This document shows positions 18,222 through 27,021 of a stretch of 64,000 nt of DNA, in pieces. This DNA comes from an uncultured Candidatus Saccharibacteria bacterium. Its GTDB lineage: Bacteria > Patescibacteriota > Minisyncoccia > Phycocordibacterales > UBA9973. Position numbers and translations under genes: made by a program. The notes beneath the pieces are model-generated. The model was not told where the DNA came from. It did not search any database and worked only from the letters and a program-made list of their open reading frames with translations. The DNA lies in assembly GCA_964468315.1 (NCBI GenBank), contig CAYXTA010000003.1, positions 19,000 through 82,999 of the forward strand, given 5' to 3'. Within the stretch, counting starts at the first letter, position 1; every line of letters starts with the position of its first letter.

Positions 18222-19751
18222 CTATCTTGCGTATTCTATGACTCTTGATTCTCGTATGACTGTGACTTTGATTTCACCTGGATATTTTAATTCTTGTTCT
18301 ATCTTTGTAGCAATGTCACGAGCCATAAGTTTACTTTCTGCATCAGTTACTTTTTCTGGAGTTACGAATATACGTATCTCACGTCCTGCTTGAAGAGCAT
18401 AAGATTTATCAACTCCTTCAAAAGCATTTACCAGTGCTTCGAGTTCTTGTAAACGTTTCAAGTAATTTTCTACACTATCACGGCGAGCACCAGGACGTCC
18501 ACCAGAGATAGCGTCGGCTGTTTGTACGATGACTGATTCGATAGTTTCGTAAGGGTAGTCTTCGTGGTGAGATTTCATTGCAGTTATGATACGTTCATCT
18601 GCCCCGAATTTTTGAAGTATTCTCATACCGATCTCTATATGTGTACCTTGTACTTCATGATCTAGGGCTTTACCTATGTCGTGTACAAGTGCCCCGGCTT
18701 TTGCTATCGCAACATCTGCACCGAGTTCTTCCGCGAGCATTCCTGCGATGTGAGCCATTTCGATAGAGTGTTGAAGAACATTTTGCCCATAACTTGTACG
18801 GAAATAAAGTCTTCCGATAATTGCTACTATGCGTGGATCGAAGTTGAATATCCCACATTCATATACTGCTTGTTCTCCTTTTTCTTTTATAATTTTATTT
18901 ATTTCTTCTTTTGCTTTATCTACAAGTTCTTCTATTTTTGCTGGTTGTATACGTCCATCGAGTATCAAGTTTTCAAGTGCTACACGAGCAACCTGTCTAC
19001 GTACAGGATCGAAAGACGAAATAAGGATTGTTCCTGGTGTATCGTCTACAACAAGTTCAACTCCAGAAGCACGTTCGAATGCACGGATATTTCTACCTTC
19101 TTTTCCGATTATTTTACCTTTGATATCGTTGTTTGGTATTGCGACTGCTGTCGTCATCATTTCTGATGCAGTACTTGAAGCAAGACGTTGGATAGAAGTA
19201 GAAAGAATATCTTTTGCACGACGATCAAGCTTCTCACTGTTTGCATTTTCAAGTTTTTGCATACGAACAAGAATATCTTCTTCGTATTTTTTCTCGATAT
19301 CTTTCAAAAGTTCTTCTTTGGCTTCTTCTTGAGTTAGTTTTGCAACTTTTTCTAATGCTTGAATTTTTTCATTTTCTGCATTTTCAACTCTTTCTTGAAT
19401 CTTTTTTATGTCTTCGACTTTTAATTTTATATTTTCTATTTCTTTGTCGATTTCAAGTTGGCGTGCGTCTAAAAGCTCATCTTTTTTGATAAGTCTTTTT
19501 TCTGTTTCTCTAAAATCTTCTGTTTTCTTTTTCTCTTCCTCTTTTAATTCAGCAAGTTTTTCTTCTGATTTTGCTTTTGCTTCATCAGTGATCTTCTGTG
19601 CTTCAGCTTTTGCTGACACCATCATGTCCTTGATATCTATCTCGATAGATCTTTTTTTACCAAGAGCTATGATGAGTCGCAAATAGTAACCAATTGCAAC
19701 ACCTAAAGAGAGCGATAGTGCTCCCATTAAAATTATTAGTTTTAAACTCAT
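18222..19751 (-). CDS. rny: ribonuclease Y
   Basis: N-terminal TM, coiled-coil, KH domain (IIGKEGRNIRAFE) and HD domain (LVHDIGKALDHE...MKSHHED). Confidence 0.92.
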   Translation of the reverse strand: MSLKLIILMGALSLSLGVAIGYYLRLIIALGKKRSIEIDIKDMMVSAKAEAQKITDEAKAKSEEKLAELKEEEKKKTEDFRETEKRLIKKDELLDARQLEIDKEIENIKLKVEDIKKIQERVENAENEKIQALEKVAKLTQEEAKEELLKDIEKKYEEDILVRMQKLENANSEKLDRRAKDILSTSIQRLASSTASEMMTTAVAIPNNDIKGKIIGKEGRNIRAFERASGVELVVDDTPGTILISSFDPVRRQVARVALENLILDGRIQPAKIEELVDKAKEEINKIIKEKGEQAVYECGIFNFDPRIVAIIGRLYFRTSYGQNVLQHSIEMAHIAGMLAEELGADVAIAKAGALVHDIGKALDHEVQGTHIEIGMRILQKFGADERIITAMKSHHEDYPYETIESVIVQTADAISGGRPGARRDSVENYLKRLQELEALVNAFEGVDKSYALQAGREIRIFVTPEKVTDAESKLMARDIATKIEQELKYPGEIKVTVIRESRVIEYAR

Positions 19752-20034
19752 AAGCCTTATACTGGCTTACAAAAACACACCATTATATTGGTATTTCGAT
19801 TTTATTTCGCAGAAAATTTTTTAAAACTTTAAAACCTTTCATAATATAAGATATATTCCTATAAACCAATTTCAAAATAAATTTGTAAATCTCACTTCTT
19901 CAATATACCAAATATAAAAAATATTGTCTATGAAGGTTTTTGTGAGTATTGCCACATCATATTTTTTGTGTTAAATTAAGACAAATTGATTTTTTGACAA
20001 TAAAAATAGTAATAACTTAAAAAATAGACAGAAA

Positions 20035-20874
20035 ATGGAAATAACTAAAATTCGCTTGCAAAATGCACTAAGTGATGAAAACGTTGAAGAGCTTTTTCAC
20101 ATAGATTTAATGAATTTCTTTAAAGAATTAGGAATCGATTACCCAAAAGAATGTAAATCTTTAACTGATTATGTTTTGTTTGAGCTAAAAAATACAACAA
20201 ACTTAGGAAATTTTGAAGAAACAATACATTCAATGTTTCAAACTTACAAAGTTTTGGGAAAAGATTTATTGAAAGTAATTTTTGAAAAAAATGACCTTTA
20301 TAAAAAAGCTTTGTTTTCCGAGATTAAAGAATCGATGAAATCTGATTTAGAAGAATCTTTACCTAAAAATATTCCTGATTTTATTGATGAGGGATGTATT
20401 CATTATAGTGAAAATTCCGATTTTGCTTTTGTTGTAAATATTTTGTCTCACTTTGCTGATTTAAATGGATCTTTAGAAAATATTACGAAAAGAACAAATA
20501 AAAGAATCGTGATTATTGAAACCATACCTTTTGATACAAAAATCAAAGAACACGAAATAAATAAAAGAGTTGCTCTTAGTGAAACCATACCCTTGGATAC
20601 AAAAATCAAACAAGATGAAATTAACAGATTAAGAACTTTATTGAATGATTATTTTTATCATTGTATCTTTTGTTATAAAAAAGATAAGCCTTTTTTGGGA
20701 GATTATAAAATCCGACATGCATGGGACTTACTTTTTCATCAAAAGGGTTTCGAAGTTAAGCCTTTTTTGTCTAAAATTTTTGATTTTGATAATTCTCCTG
20801 TACCTGTAAAAACAAGACATTACATTGGCGTTTACGAGAAAACTTCTGATGCTATTGATGCTGATTGTAAATAA
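20035..20874 (+). CDS. hypothetical protein (279 aa) with internal 21-aa tandem repeat
   Basis: ORF; ETIPFDTKIKEHEINKRVALS / ETIPLDTKIKQDEINRLRTLL. Confidence 0.5.
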   Translation: MEITKIRLQNALSDENVEELFHIDLMNFFKELGIDYPKECKSLTDYVLFELKNTTNLGNFEETIHSMFQTYKVLGKDLLKVIFEKNDLYKKALFSEIKESMKSDLEESLPKNIPDFIDEGCIHYSENSDFAFVVNILSHFADLNGSLENITKRTNKRIVIIETIPFDTKIKEHEINKRVALSETIPLDTKIKQDEINRLRTLLNDYFYHCIFCYKKDKPFLGDYKIRHAWDLLFHQKGFEVKPFLSKIFDFDNSPVPVKTRHYIGVYEKTSDAIDADCK

Positions 20875-20877
20875 GAT

Positions 20878-20918
20878 AAAAGCCGTTCGTGTACAAAATG
20901 TACACGAACGGCTTTTTT
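20878..20918. terminator. bidirectional terminator (gccgttcgtgtaca-aaa-tgtacacgaacggc + T6)
   Basis: 14-bp perfect stem. Confidence 0.7.
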
Positions 20919-20925
20919 ATTTGTT

Positions 20926-21519
20926 TTATTTAGGAGTAGCTTTGGATTTTGTGACGATTTCGTCGATGATGCCATATTTTTTAGCTTCTTCTGCGTCCAT
21001 AAAGAAATCTCTATCCGCATCTTTTTCAATACGTGAGAGTGTTTGGCCAGTATTTTTTGCGAGTATTTTATTTAAAACTTCACGATTTCTTATTATTCTT
21101 TTAGCACTTATTTCTATATCAGTTGCTTGACCTTCTGCTCCACCTGAAGGTTGATGAATCATTATTTCTGAGTTCGGTAAAGCATATCTTTTTCCTTTTT
21201 TACCAGAAGATAATATAACTGCACCCATTGAAGCAGCCATTCCTACACCTACCGTAGCAATATCTGGTCTTACATGGTTCATTGCATCAACGATTGCAAG
21301 ACCTGCAGTTACTGATCCGCCAGGGGAATTTACATAAAGAAAAATATCTTTCTTCGAATCTTCTGACTCAAGAAATAATAATTGGGCAATAATAATATTT
21401 GCTGTGTGATCATCTATTGGGCCACCGAGGAATATAATACGGTCGCGAAGTAGGCGAGAGTATATGTCATAAGCTCTTTCGCCGAATTGTGATTTTTCTA
21501 TAACTGTTGGTATTAACAT
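20926..21519 (-). CDS. clpP: ATP-dependent Clp protease proteolytic subunit
   Basis: [14 protein letters not shown]...[11 protein letters not shown]...MIHQPSGG (Ser-His-Asp triad context). Confidence 0.95.
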   Translation of the reverse strand: MLIPTVIEKSQFGERAYDIYSRLLRDRIIFLGGPIDDHTANIIIAQLLFLESEDSKKDIFLYVNSPGGSVTAGLAIVDAMNHVRPDIATVGVGMAASMGAVILSSGKKGKRYALPNSEIMIHQPSGGAEGQATDIEISAKRIIRNREVLNKILAKNTGQTLSRIEKDADRDFFMDAEEAKKYGIIDEIVTKSKATPK

Positions 21520-21639
21520 ATTTCTATCATAGCATTTTTGTTGATATTTTCAAGATTTAGCTTTATTGCACTTTTGTGTGTAAGTTGTAGACTTAATAGT
21601 GAAACTAGTAATTGAAATATTTACCTAAAACTCTTTGTC

Positions 21640-22137
21640 ATGAAAATAAAAATGAGTAAACCTATTAGAATTTTTATTCTTTGTATCTTTGTAAGCGGAA
21701 TTGCTCTTGCTATAAGTACACATGAAGTGAACCCTGAAAACAATCCTATTGGAGTGAACTATTACAATGATGTTGTAAAAGGTGAAAATATTCCGGATGT
21801 TATTCCTTATGCTGATTTGATTGACTACTCAAGTTTGATCGATGTGTACCGGCCGTATCATCATGCGAGTATGTTTGTGATCGTATTGAATTTATTTCAG
21901 GATCAGAATCTGATCTTCCAGATTCATAAAAGGGATTCTGTACGAGAATGGGTTCAAATAAAACTTCCGATAAAGGAGAAATATTTTATTTCAGATTTTG
22001 AGCTTTTCACAGACACAGCTTCATCAAATGAAAGTTATAGAATAACTTGCGAAATTGATAGAAAAGATACAACTAAAAATAGGAAATTTGAATTTATCAT
22101 TGATACTCAAGAATTAAAAGAAATTACAAAAAAGTAA
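21640..22137 (+). CDS. secreted hypothetical protein (165 aa)
   Basis: signal-anchor MSKPIRIFILCIFVSGIALAIS. Confidence 0.45.
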   Translation: MKIKMSKPIRIFILCIFVSGIALAISTHEVNPENNPIGVNYYNDVVKGENIPDVIPYADLIDYSSLIDVYRPYHHASMFVIVLNLFQDQNLIFQIHKRDSVREWVQIKLPIKEKYFISDFELFTDTASSNESYRITCEIDRKDTTKNRKFEFIIDTQELKEITKK

Positions 22138-22145
22138 TTTATTTA

Positions 22146-22182
22146 AAAAAAATCCCATACTCATCGTACGGGATTTTTTCTT
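22146..22182. terminator. bidirectional terminator (A8-atccc...gggat-T6)
   Basis: hairpin with flanking runs. Confidence 0.5.
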
Positions 22183-22183
22183 T

Positions 22184-23224
22184 TTATTGAGTTTCTAAGA
22201 ATTTAAATACTTTGTCGTTAGTGAGAACATTTTCTGTATGCATTCTAGCTCTTTCCGGATCGGCATCTTTGTAGTGCTCTAGGATATGAGCGACTTCGTG
22301 TTCGATGTCAGCTTCTTCTGGTTTGATATTTTCTAATTTTGCAATTTCAGCGAGGACAAGCGCGAGCTTTGCTCTTTGTAATGCGTCTTTTTCAAAATCT
22401 TTTCTCAAATCTTCTTCACTTTTTTGTAAATGTTTTAAATAATCTTCAAATTTGAGACCCATTTGAGCAATATCGTCTTTCATTCTACCGATTATTTTAT
22501 TTGTTTCTACATCTACTAGAATATTAGGAACTTCAACTTCAGTTTTTTCTATTATAGCCTCGATCATTTTGATACGAGTTTTTTCTTTGACCATATTTTC
22601 TTTTTCCAATTTCATATTCTCTTCCAACTTCTTTTTGAAATCTTCTACACTTTCAAATGGACCCATTGATTGAACGAATTCATCGTTGAGTTCTGGTAAG
22701 ATAGGTTCTAATTCTTTTTCTTCTTCACCTCCTTTTGTTTCTATTTTTGGTGCGCGAGATTTGCGTATATCTAAAATAACTTTCTCCATTTCTTCTACTG
22801 TGACTTTGTTGTCTTTTTCTTCATCAGTTAGATTTGATTGTATATCTTTTGCTATTTTTTTATAATCAGGAAGTTTTAGAGTAGGTATTACTGCTGTTTT
22901 TATTTTAAAACCTAAATCATTGTTGCGAGCGAGTTTTGTGATTACTATTTCTGGTCGGCCGATAGCATCTATTTTGTGTTCTTCTAAAATTTTTGGATAT
23001 GTATCGCCTAGAGCCATCTCAGCCATTTCTTCTAAAATTTTTGATTCAGGAAGCTTTGAAAGAAGCACACTTTCTGGTGCTTTACCTTTACGAAAACCAT
23101 CGAGTTCTACATTTTCACCTAAGTATTTTAAGGCTTTAGGGAAATAGCTTTCGAATTCTGAAGCAGGTATTTCTCCTGTTATTTCTATTTCACTGTTTGG
23201 TAAATTGTTTGTTTTTATTTGCAT
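22184..23224 (-). CDS. tig: trigger factor (short form, 346 aa)
   Basis: N-terminal ribosome-binding domain with GFRKGKAP motif; lacks a clear PPIase segment. Confidence 0.75.
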   Translation of the reverse strand: MQIKTNNLPNSEIEITGEIPASEFESYFPKALKYLGENVELDGFRKGKAPESVLLSKLPESKILEEMAEMALGDTYPKILEEHKIDAIGRPEIVITKLARNNDLGFKIKTAVIPTLKLPDYKKIAKDIQSNLTDEEKDNKVTVEEMEKVILDIRKSRAPKIETKGGEEEKELEPILPELNDEFVQSMGPFESVEDFKKKLEENMKLEKENMVKEKTRIKMIEAIIEKTEVEVPNILVDVETNKIIGRMKDDIAQMGLKFEDYLKHLQKSEEDLRKDFEKDALQRAKLALVLAEIAKLENIKPEEADIEHEVAHILEHYKDADPERARMHTENVLTNDKVFKFLETQ

Positions 23225-23261
23225 TTTTTTATATTACATTAAAAAATAATATTTTTCAAAT

Positions 23262-23300
23262 TAAAAGCCCCGCGAGCATGCTCGCGGGGCTTTTAATTTT
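23262..23300. terminator. terminator: perfect 24-bp palindrome gccccgcgagcatgctcgcggggc + T-run
   Basis: read directly. Confidence 0.65.
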
Positions 23301-23311
23301 TACTTACAATT

Positions 23312-23551
23312 TTATTGTAAGTTTGTGTCTAAAGCATCCATATCCGCATTGTTATTAAGATCTGCTTCAATGTCTACTGTTTCGTCTGAAGAAGAAAGTA
23401 CATTAGCTGTATTTATTTGTTCATTAGCCTTTTGTATATCTTTAGCTTTTTGTATATTCATTTTGAAAACATATATACCACCAACTACTAGAATAATGAT
23501 AACAATGATTGAACCTATTAATGCACCATTTGATTTTTTATTTTGATCCAT
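23312..23551 (-). CDS. small membrane protein (79 aa)
   Basis: single TM IGSIIVIIILVVGGIYVF; the overlapping + ORF is judged a shadow. Confidence 0.4.
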   Translation of the reverse strand: MDQNKKSNGALIGSIIVIIILVVGGIYVFKMNIQKAKDIQKANEQINTANVLSSSDETVDIEADLNNNADMDALDTNLQ

Positions 23552-23579
23552 TTGAATATATTTTATTATTTATAATAAT

Positions 23580-24317
23580 TTAATTTCTTGAAGAGTCTTC
23601 TGCTTTGGGAGTTTTTGCTTCGACCTTTGATTTTATTTCTTTAACTGATTGTTCTAAGTAAGTATGTGCTTGTTTCAATGCATCTTTAACAGCTTTAATA
23701 TTTGCTTTTATTTCTTCTTTACTTGCTCCTGAATCTATTGAAGCTTTTACTTTTAGAGATAATTCTTTTGCTTGAGCTATTGAAACTTCAGCTTTTGCTT
23801 CTAAGTCTGCAGCAATAGTCATATCGATACCCCTTGCTTTTACTTTTGCAATTCTTACCTTCACTCTTTCTGCTATCTTTGTAAGATTTTCAGTTCTTTG
23901 TACTAAATTCATTTCTATGTTTTGACGGATTTCTTTTTTCGCTTCTTCTTTCTTGTCTTTTATTTCATCTCTTTTGTCTTCTATATCTTGCTTTAATAAT
24001 CCTTTCTCTGATCCACTTGCGTCTTTCATTTCTTGTCTGTCTTCTTTTATATCATCTCTTAATTCTTTTCTATCATCTTTGAAATCTTCACGAATTTTTT
24101 TATTTTCGTCTTTTCTTAATTTTATTTGTCCTTTGATTGGCATTACTCCTCCTGTCGCTGGATTTGCTATACCGTCTACATTTACTGTAGTTGTACCATC
24201 ATTTCCAACTTGGGCACTTACATTTCCAGAAAAACCATATTCAGCTTTTGCTTGAGAAATGTTTATAGCAAATACCATTAATAATATACCTAATAAACTT
24301 ATATATTTTTTGTTCAT
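23580..24317 (-). CDS. secreted coiled-coil protein (245 aa)
   Basis: signal peptide MNKKYISLLGILLMVFAINISQAKA; Lys/Glu-rich heptad-like C-terminal half. Confidence 0.55.
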   Translation of the reverse strand: MNKKYISLLGILLMVFAINISQAKAEYGFSGNVSAQVGNDGTTTVNVDGIANPATGGVMPIKGQIKLRKDENKKIREDFKDDRKELRDDIKEDRQEMKDASGSEKGLLKQDIEDKRDEIKDKKEEAKKEIRQNIEMNLVQRTENLTKIAERVKVRIAKVKARGIDMTIAADLEAKAEVSIAQAKELSLKVKASIDSGASKEEIKANIKAVKDALKQAHTYLEQSVKEIKSKVEAKTPKAEDSSRN

Positions 24318-24423
24318 AATTTTTTAATTAAACTTAATAAATTGACCCTATTACATTATACCTTATATGTTGTTTTTCCAAAGTTTTAATAAAAAAACCC
24401 ACTAAATAGTGGGTTTTTTTATT

Positions 24424-25011
24424 TTATGCTTCTAGTTTTGGAGCGTAATCTTTTTGATATCTTTCAACACAATCCTTAATCACTTTGACTGCTTCTGCTG
24501 TATCATGGAAGGTCTCTACTACTCCTGTGCCTGGTTTTTTCAGAGCTTTGTAGTTTTCCCAGTAGTATTTTGTCTCTTTCTCCCAATATTCACCGAGGTC
24601 TTTGTAACTTTTTATGTGGTCTGAACGCTTGTCGTCATTTAAGACTGCAATGATTTTATCATCTACTTCGCCTCCATCGATGAATTTCATTACACCGATA
24701 ACGCGAGCTTCAACAAGAGATCCAGGAACTAATGGTTCAGTGATGTTTACGATTTCTACATCGAGAGGGTCGCCATCTTCATCCCATGTTGTTGGAATTG
24801 CTCCGTATGTGAAAGGATAAGCGAGTGAAGAATAGCCAACGCGATCGAGCTTGAGCTGTCCGCTTTCTGTGATGAGTTCGTATTTATTTATACTTCCTGC
24901 AGAAACTTCAACTATCACATTGATAACATTTTCTTCTTCTTTCACAAATGCTGGAAGCACGTGCAAGAGGTTGTACATGTACTTCGAAGGTTTTTGATTT
25001 ATATTTGCCAT
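24424..25011 (-). CDS. ppa: inorganic pyrophosphatase (family I)
   Basis: NVIVEVSAGS..KYE...DGDPLDV, typical soluble PPase motifs. Confidence 0.92.
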   Translation of the reverse strand: MANINQKPSKYMYNLLHVLPAFVKEEENVINVIVEVSAGSINKYELITESGQLKLDRVGYSSLAYPFTYGAIPTTWDEDGDPLDVEIVNITEPLVPGSLVEARVIGVMKFIDGGEVDDKIIAVLNDDKRSDHIKSYKDLGEYWEKETKYYWENYKALKKPGTGVVETFHDTAEAVKVIKDCVERYQKDYAPKLEA

Positions 25012-25273
25012 AGGATTTCAGTATAGCTGTGTTTTTTACTGATTACAAGATATTGACAAAAATAATTAAAGTTATATTATATATTAAAATCTTGATAAAA
25101 AATGAAAACAAAAAATAAAATAACCCTTAGGATGATAGGGTATACATCTGTTTTCTTGTGTGATTGTGTTGGTATATATTTACTCATCATGTATGCATCT
25201 TGGGAATTCTTTTGGGTGCTAACCACACTTATAGCAGGTATCATTTGTTTTAAGCCAAGGTAAAAATTAAAAC

Positions 25274-25317
25274 AAAAGCACAGTTTTCTCTTAAGAGAAA
25301 ACTGTGCTTTTTTATTT
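25274..25317. terminator. terminator (aaagcacagttttctc-ttaa-gagaaaactgtgcttt + T6)
   Basis: 16-bp perfect stem. Confidence 0.7.
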
Positions 25318-25329
25318 CCGTATTTATTT

Positions 25330-26532
25330 TTATTCTGTGTCTTCTGTCTTTTCAATAATTTCTTCTGCTTCTTCTGCGATTTCTACTTTTTCTCCGTCAG
25401 TTGAAGCGACTTCACCACCCTTACCTTTGATATCGATTCTCCAACCAGTGAGCTTTGCAGCGAGGCGGACATTTTGTCCTCCTTTACCGATAGCGAGTGA
25501 TAGTTGATCTTCAGCAACTTCAATGACTGCTTTGTGTTCTTTTTCATCTACTTCGATAGTCAAAACTTTCGCAGGAGAGATAGCATTTGATACATATTCT
25601 TTCGGATCAGTAGACCAAGGGATGATATCTATTTTTTCATTTGAAAGTTCACTTGTAATAGTATTTACACGAGTACCTTTTTGTCCGACACAAGATCCGA
25701 CTGGGTCGATGTGTTCATCGTTTGAGAAGACAGCAATCTTTGAACGACTACCTGCTTCACGAGCAATACTTTTTATTTCTACAACTCCATTTGTAACTTC
25801 AGGAGCTTCAAGTGCAAAAAGTTTTTCCAAGAATTTAGGATGTGTACGTGAAAGGCGGAGGTTGATTCCACGAGGAGATTCTTCTACAGAATACAAATAT
25901 GCACGGATTCTTTGTCCTTGTCGGAAAAATTCTCCAGGGATTTGTTCTTCTGTTGGAAGCACACCTGTTGCTCTGTTGAAATCTATGTATAGATTTCCTC
26001 TTTCTATTTTTTGTACAACACCAGAAATAATTTCTCCTTCTTTTGTGCCGTATTCATCCATGATAGATGTACGTTCTGCTTCGCGAATACGTTGAATAAT
26101 AACTTGCTTTGCAGTTTGTGCAGCGATACGTCCGTAATCATCTTTTTGTTCAAGCATAAAAACCATTTCATCATTGAGTTCAACTTCCTTTTTCATTTTT
26201 TTAGCATCCTCAACCAAGATATGATGTTCAGGATTAAATCTTGGTCTTTCGTCACCATCTTCTTGTACATCGTATTCTTCCTCACTTTCTTCTTCACCCT
26301 CTTTTGGAATTTTTACTATTGATTCATCTACTACAATTTTGACTTGATAGAAATCAGTCTGACCAGTTTCCATATCAAATTTTGCACGGATGATTTGTCC
26401 TTTCTTTCCGTAATCTTTTTTATATGCAGCAGCCATAGCTTGTTCTATAGCCTCGATTATTTTTTCTTTTGGTATTTTGCGCTCTTCTTCTAATTGCTCA
26501 AGAGCTGACTTCATTGTTTTTAGGTCTAACAT
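25330..26532 (-). CDS. nusA: transcription termination/antitermination factor NusA
   Basis: N-terminal domain, S1 (GEIISGVVQKIERGNLYIDF), two KH (GSCVGQKGTRV; AIGKGGQNVRLAAKLTGW). Confidence 0.93.
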   Translation of the reverse strand: MLDLKTMKSALEQLEEERKIPKEKIIEAIEQAMAAAYKKDYGKKGQIIRAKFDMETGQTDFYQVKIVVDESIVKIPKEGEEESEEEYDVQEDGDERPRFNPEHHILVEDAKKMKKEVELNDEMVFMLEQKDDYGRIAAQTAKQVIIQRIREAERTSIMDEYGTKEGEIISGVVQKIERGNLYIDFNRATGVLPTEEQIPGEFFRQGQRIRAYLYSVEESPRGINLRLSRTHPKFLEKLFALEAPEVTNGVVEIKSIAREAGSRSKIAVFSNDEHIDPVGSCVGQKGTRVNTITSELSNEKIDIIPWSTDPKEYVSNAISPAKVLTIEVDEKEHKAVIEVAEDQLSLAIGKGGQNVRLAAKLTGWRIDIKGKGGEVASTDGEKVEIAEEAEEIIEKTEDTE

Positions 26533-26622
26533 TTTTTAATTCTTTTATTATTATCGCTATTAAATTTTTTACTAAAAAAGCCCGTTTTATGACGGACTTA
26601 CATTTTTTATATTATCGCAAAA

Positions 26623-27015
26623 ATGCAAATAAGTCAATTTGAAGAAAAAGTACAAAAAGTTTTCCACAAAAAAATACTTTTTAATTTTAGTTGGTGTATA
26701 ATGTTATATATGTTTCAAAATAATAAGAAAATGGGTGTATTTTTATTTCTTCTCGTAATAATCATTTTGTCTGGTCTCTCATATTATTATTACTCTACTG
26801 TTATAAATAAAAAACAAGAACCAGCTGTACTTCCAAATATATCTCTCGAAGAAAGAACTGCAATTTTGAATGAATTGAATGCAACACCTAGTACTATAAA
26901 AGTATCAGCAGAAGAGAGAGCTCAAATTTTAAATGAATTAAAGGTACAAGAGGTAAATCAACCAAAAAATTTAACAGCACAAGATAAAAAAGCAATTTTA
27001 GATAGTTTTAATTAA
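26623..27015 (+). CDS. hypothetical membrane-anchored protein (130 aa; start may be internal)
   Basis: TM VFLFLLVIIILSGLSYYYY; internal repeat EERTAILNELN / EERAQILNELK. Confidence 0.4.
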   Translation: MQISQFEEKVQKVFHKKILFNFSWCIMLYMFQNNKKMGVFLFLLVIIILSGLSYYYYSTVINKKQEPAVLPNISLEERTAILNELNATPSTIKVSAEERAQILNELKVQEVNQPKNLTAQDKKAILDSFN

Positions 27016-27021
27016 TAAAAC

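Noticed and set aside
18670-19686. Several + and - ORFs overlapping rny
   Set aside because: Low-complexity shadow frames of a Lys/Glu-rich coiled-coil coding region
25077-25355. 92-aa minus-strand ORF between ppa and nusA
   Set aside because: Spans the 25274-25317 terminator hairpin, low-complexity, no RBS-like context
25523-26322. ORFs antisense to nusA
   Set aside because: Shadow frames
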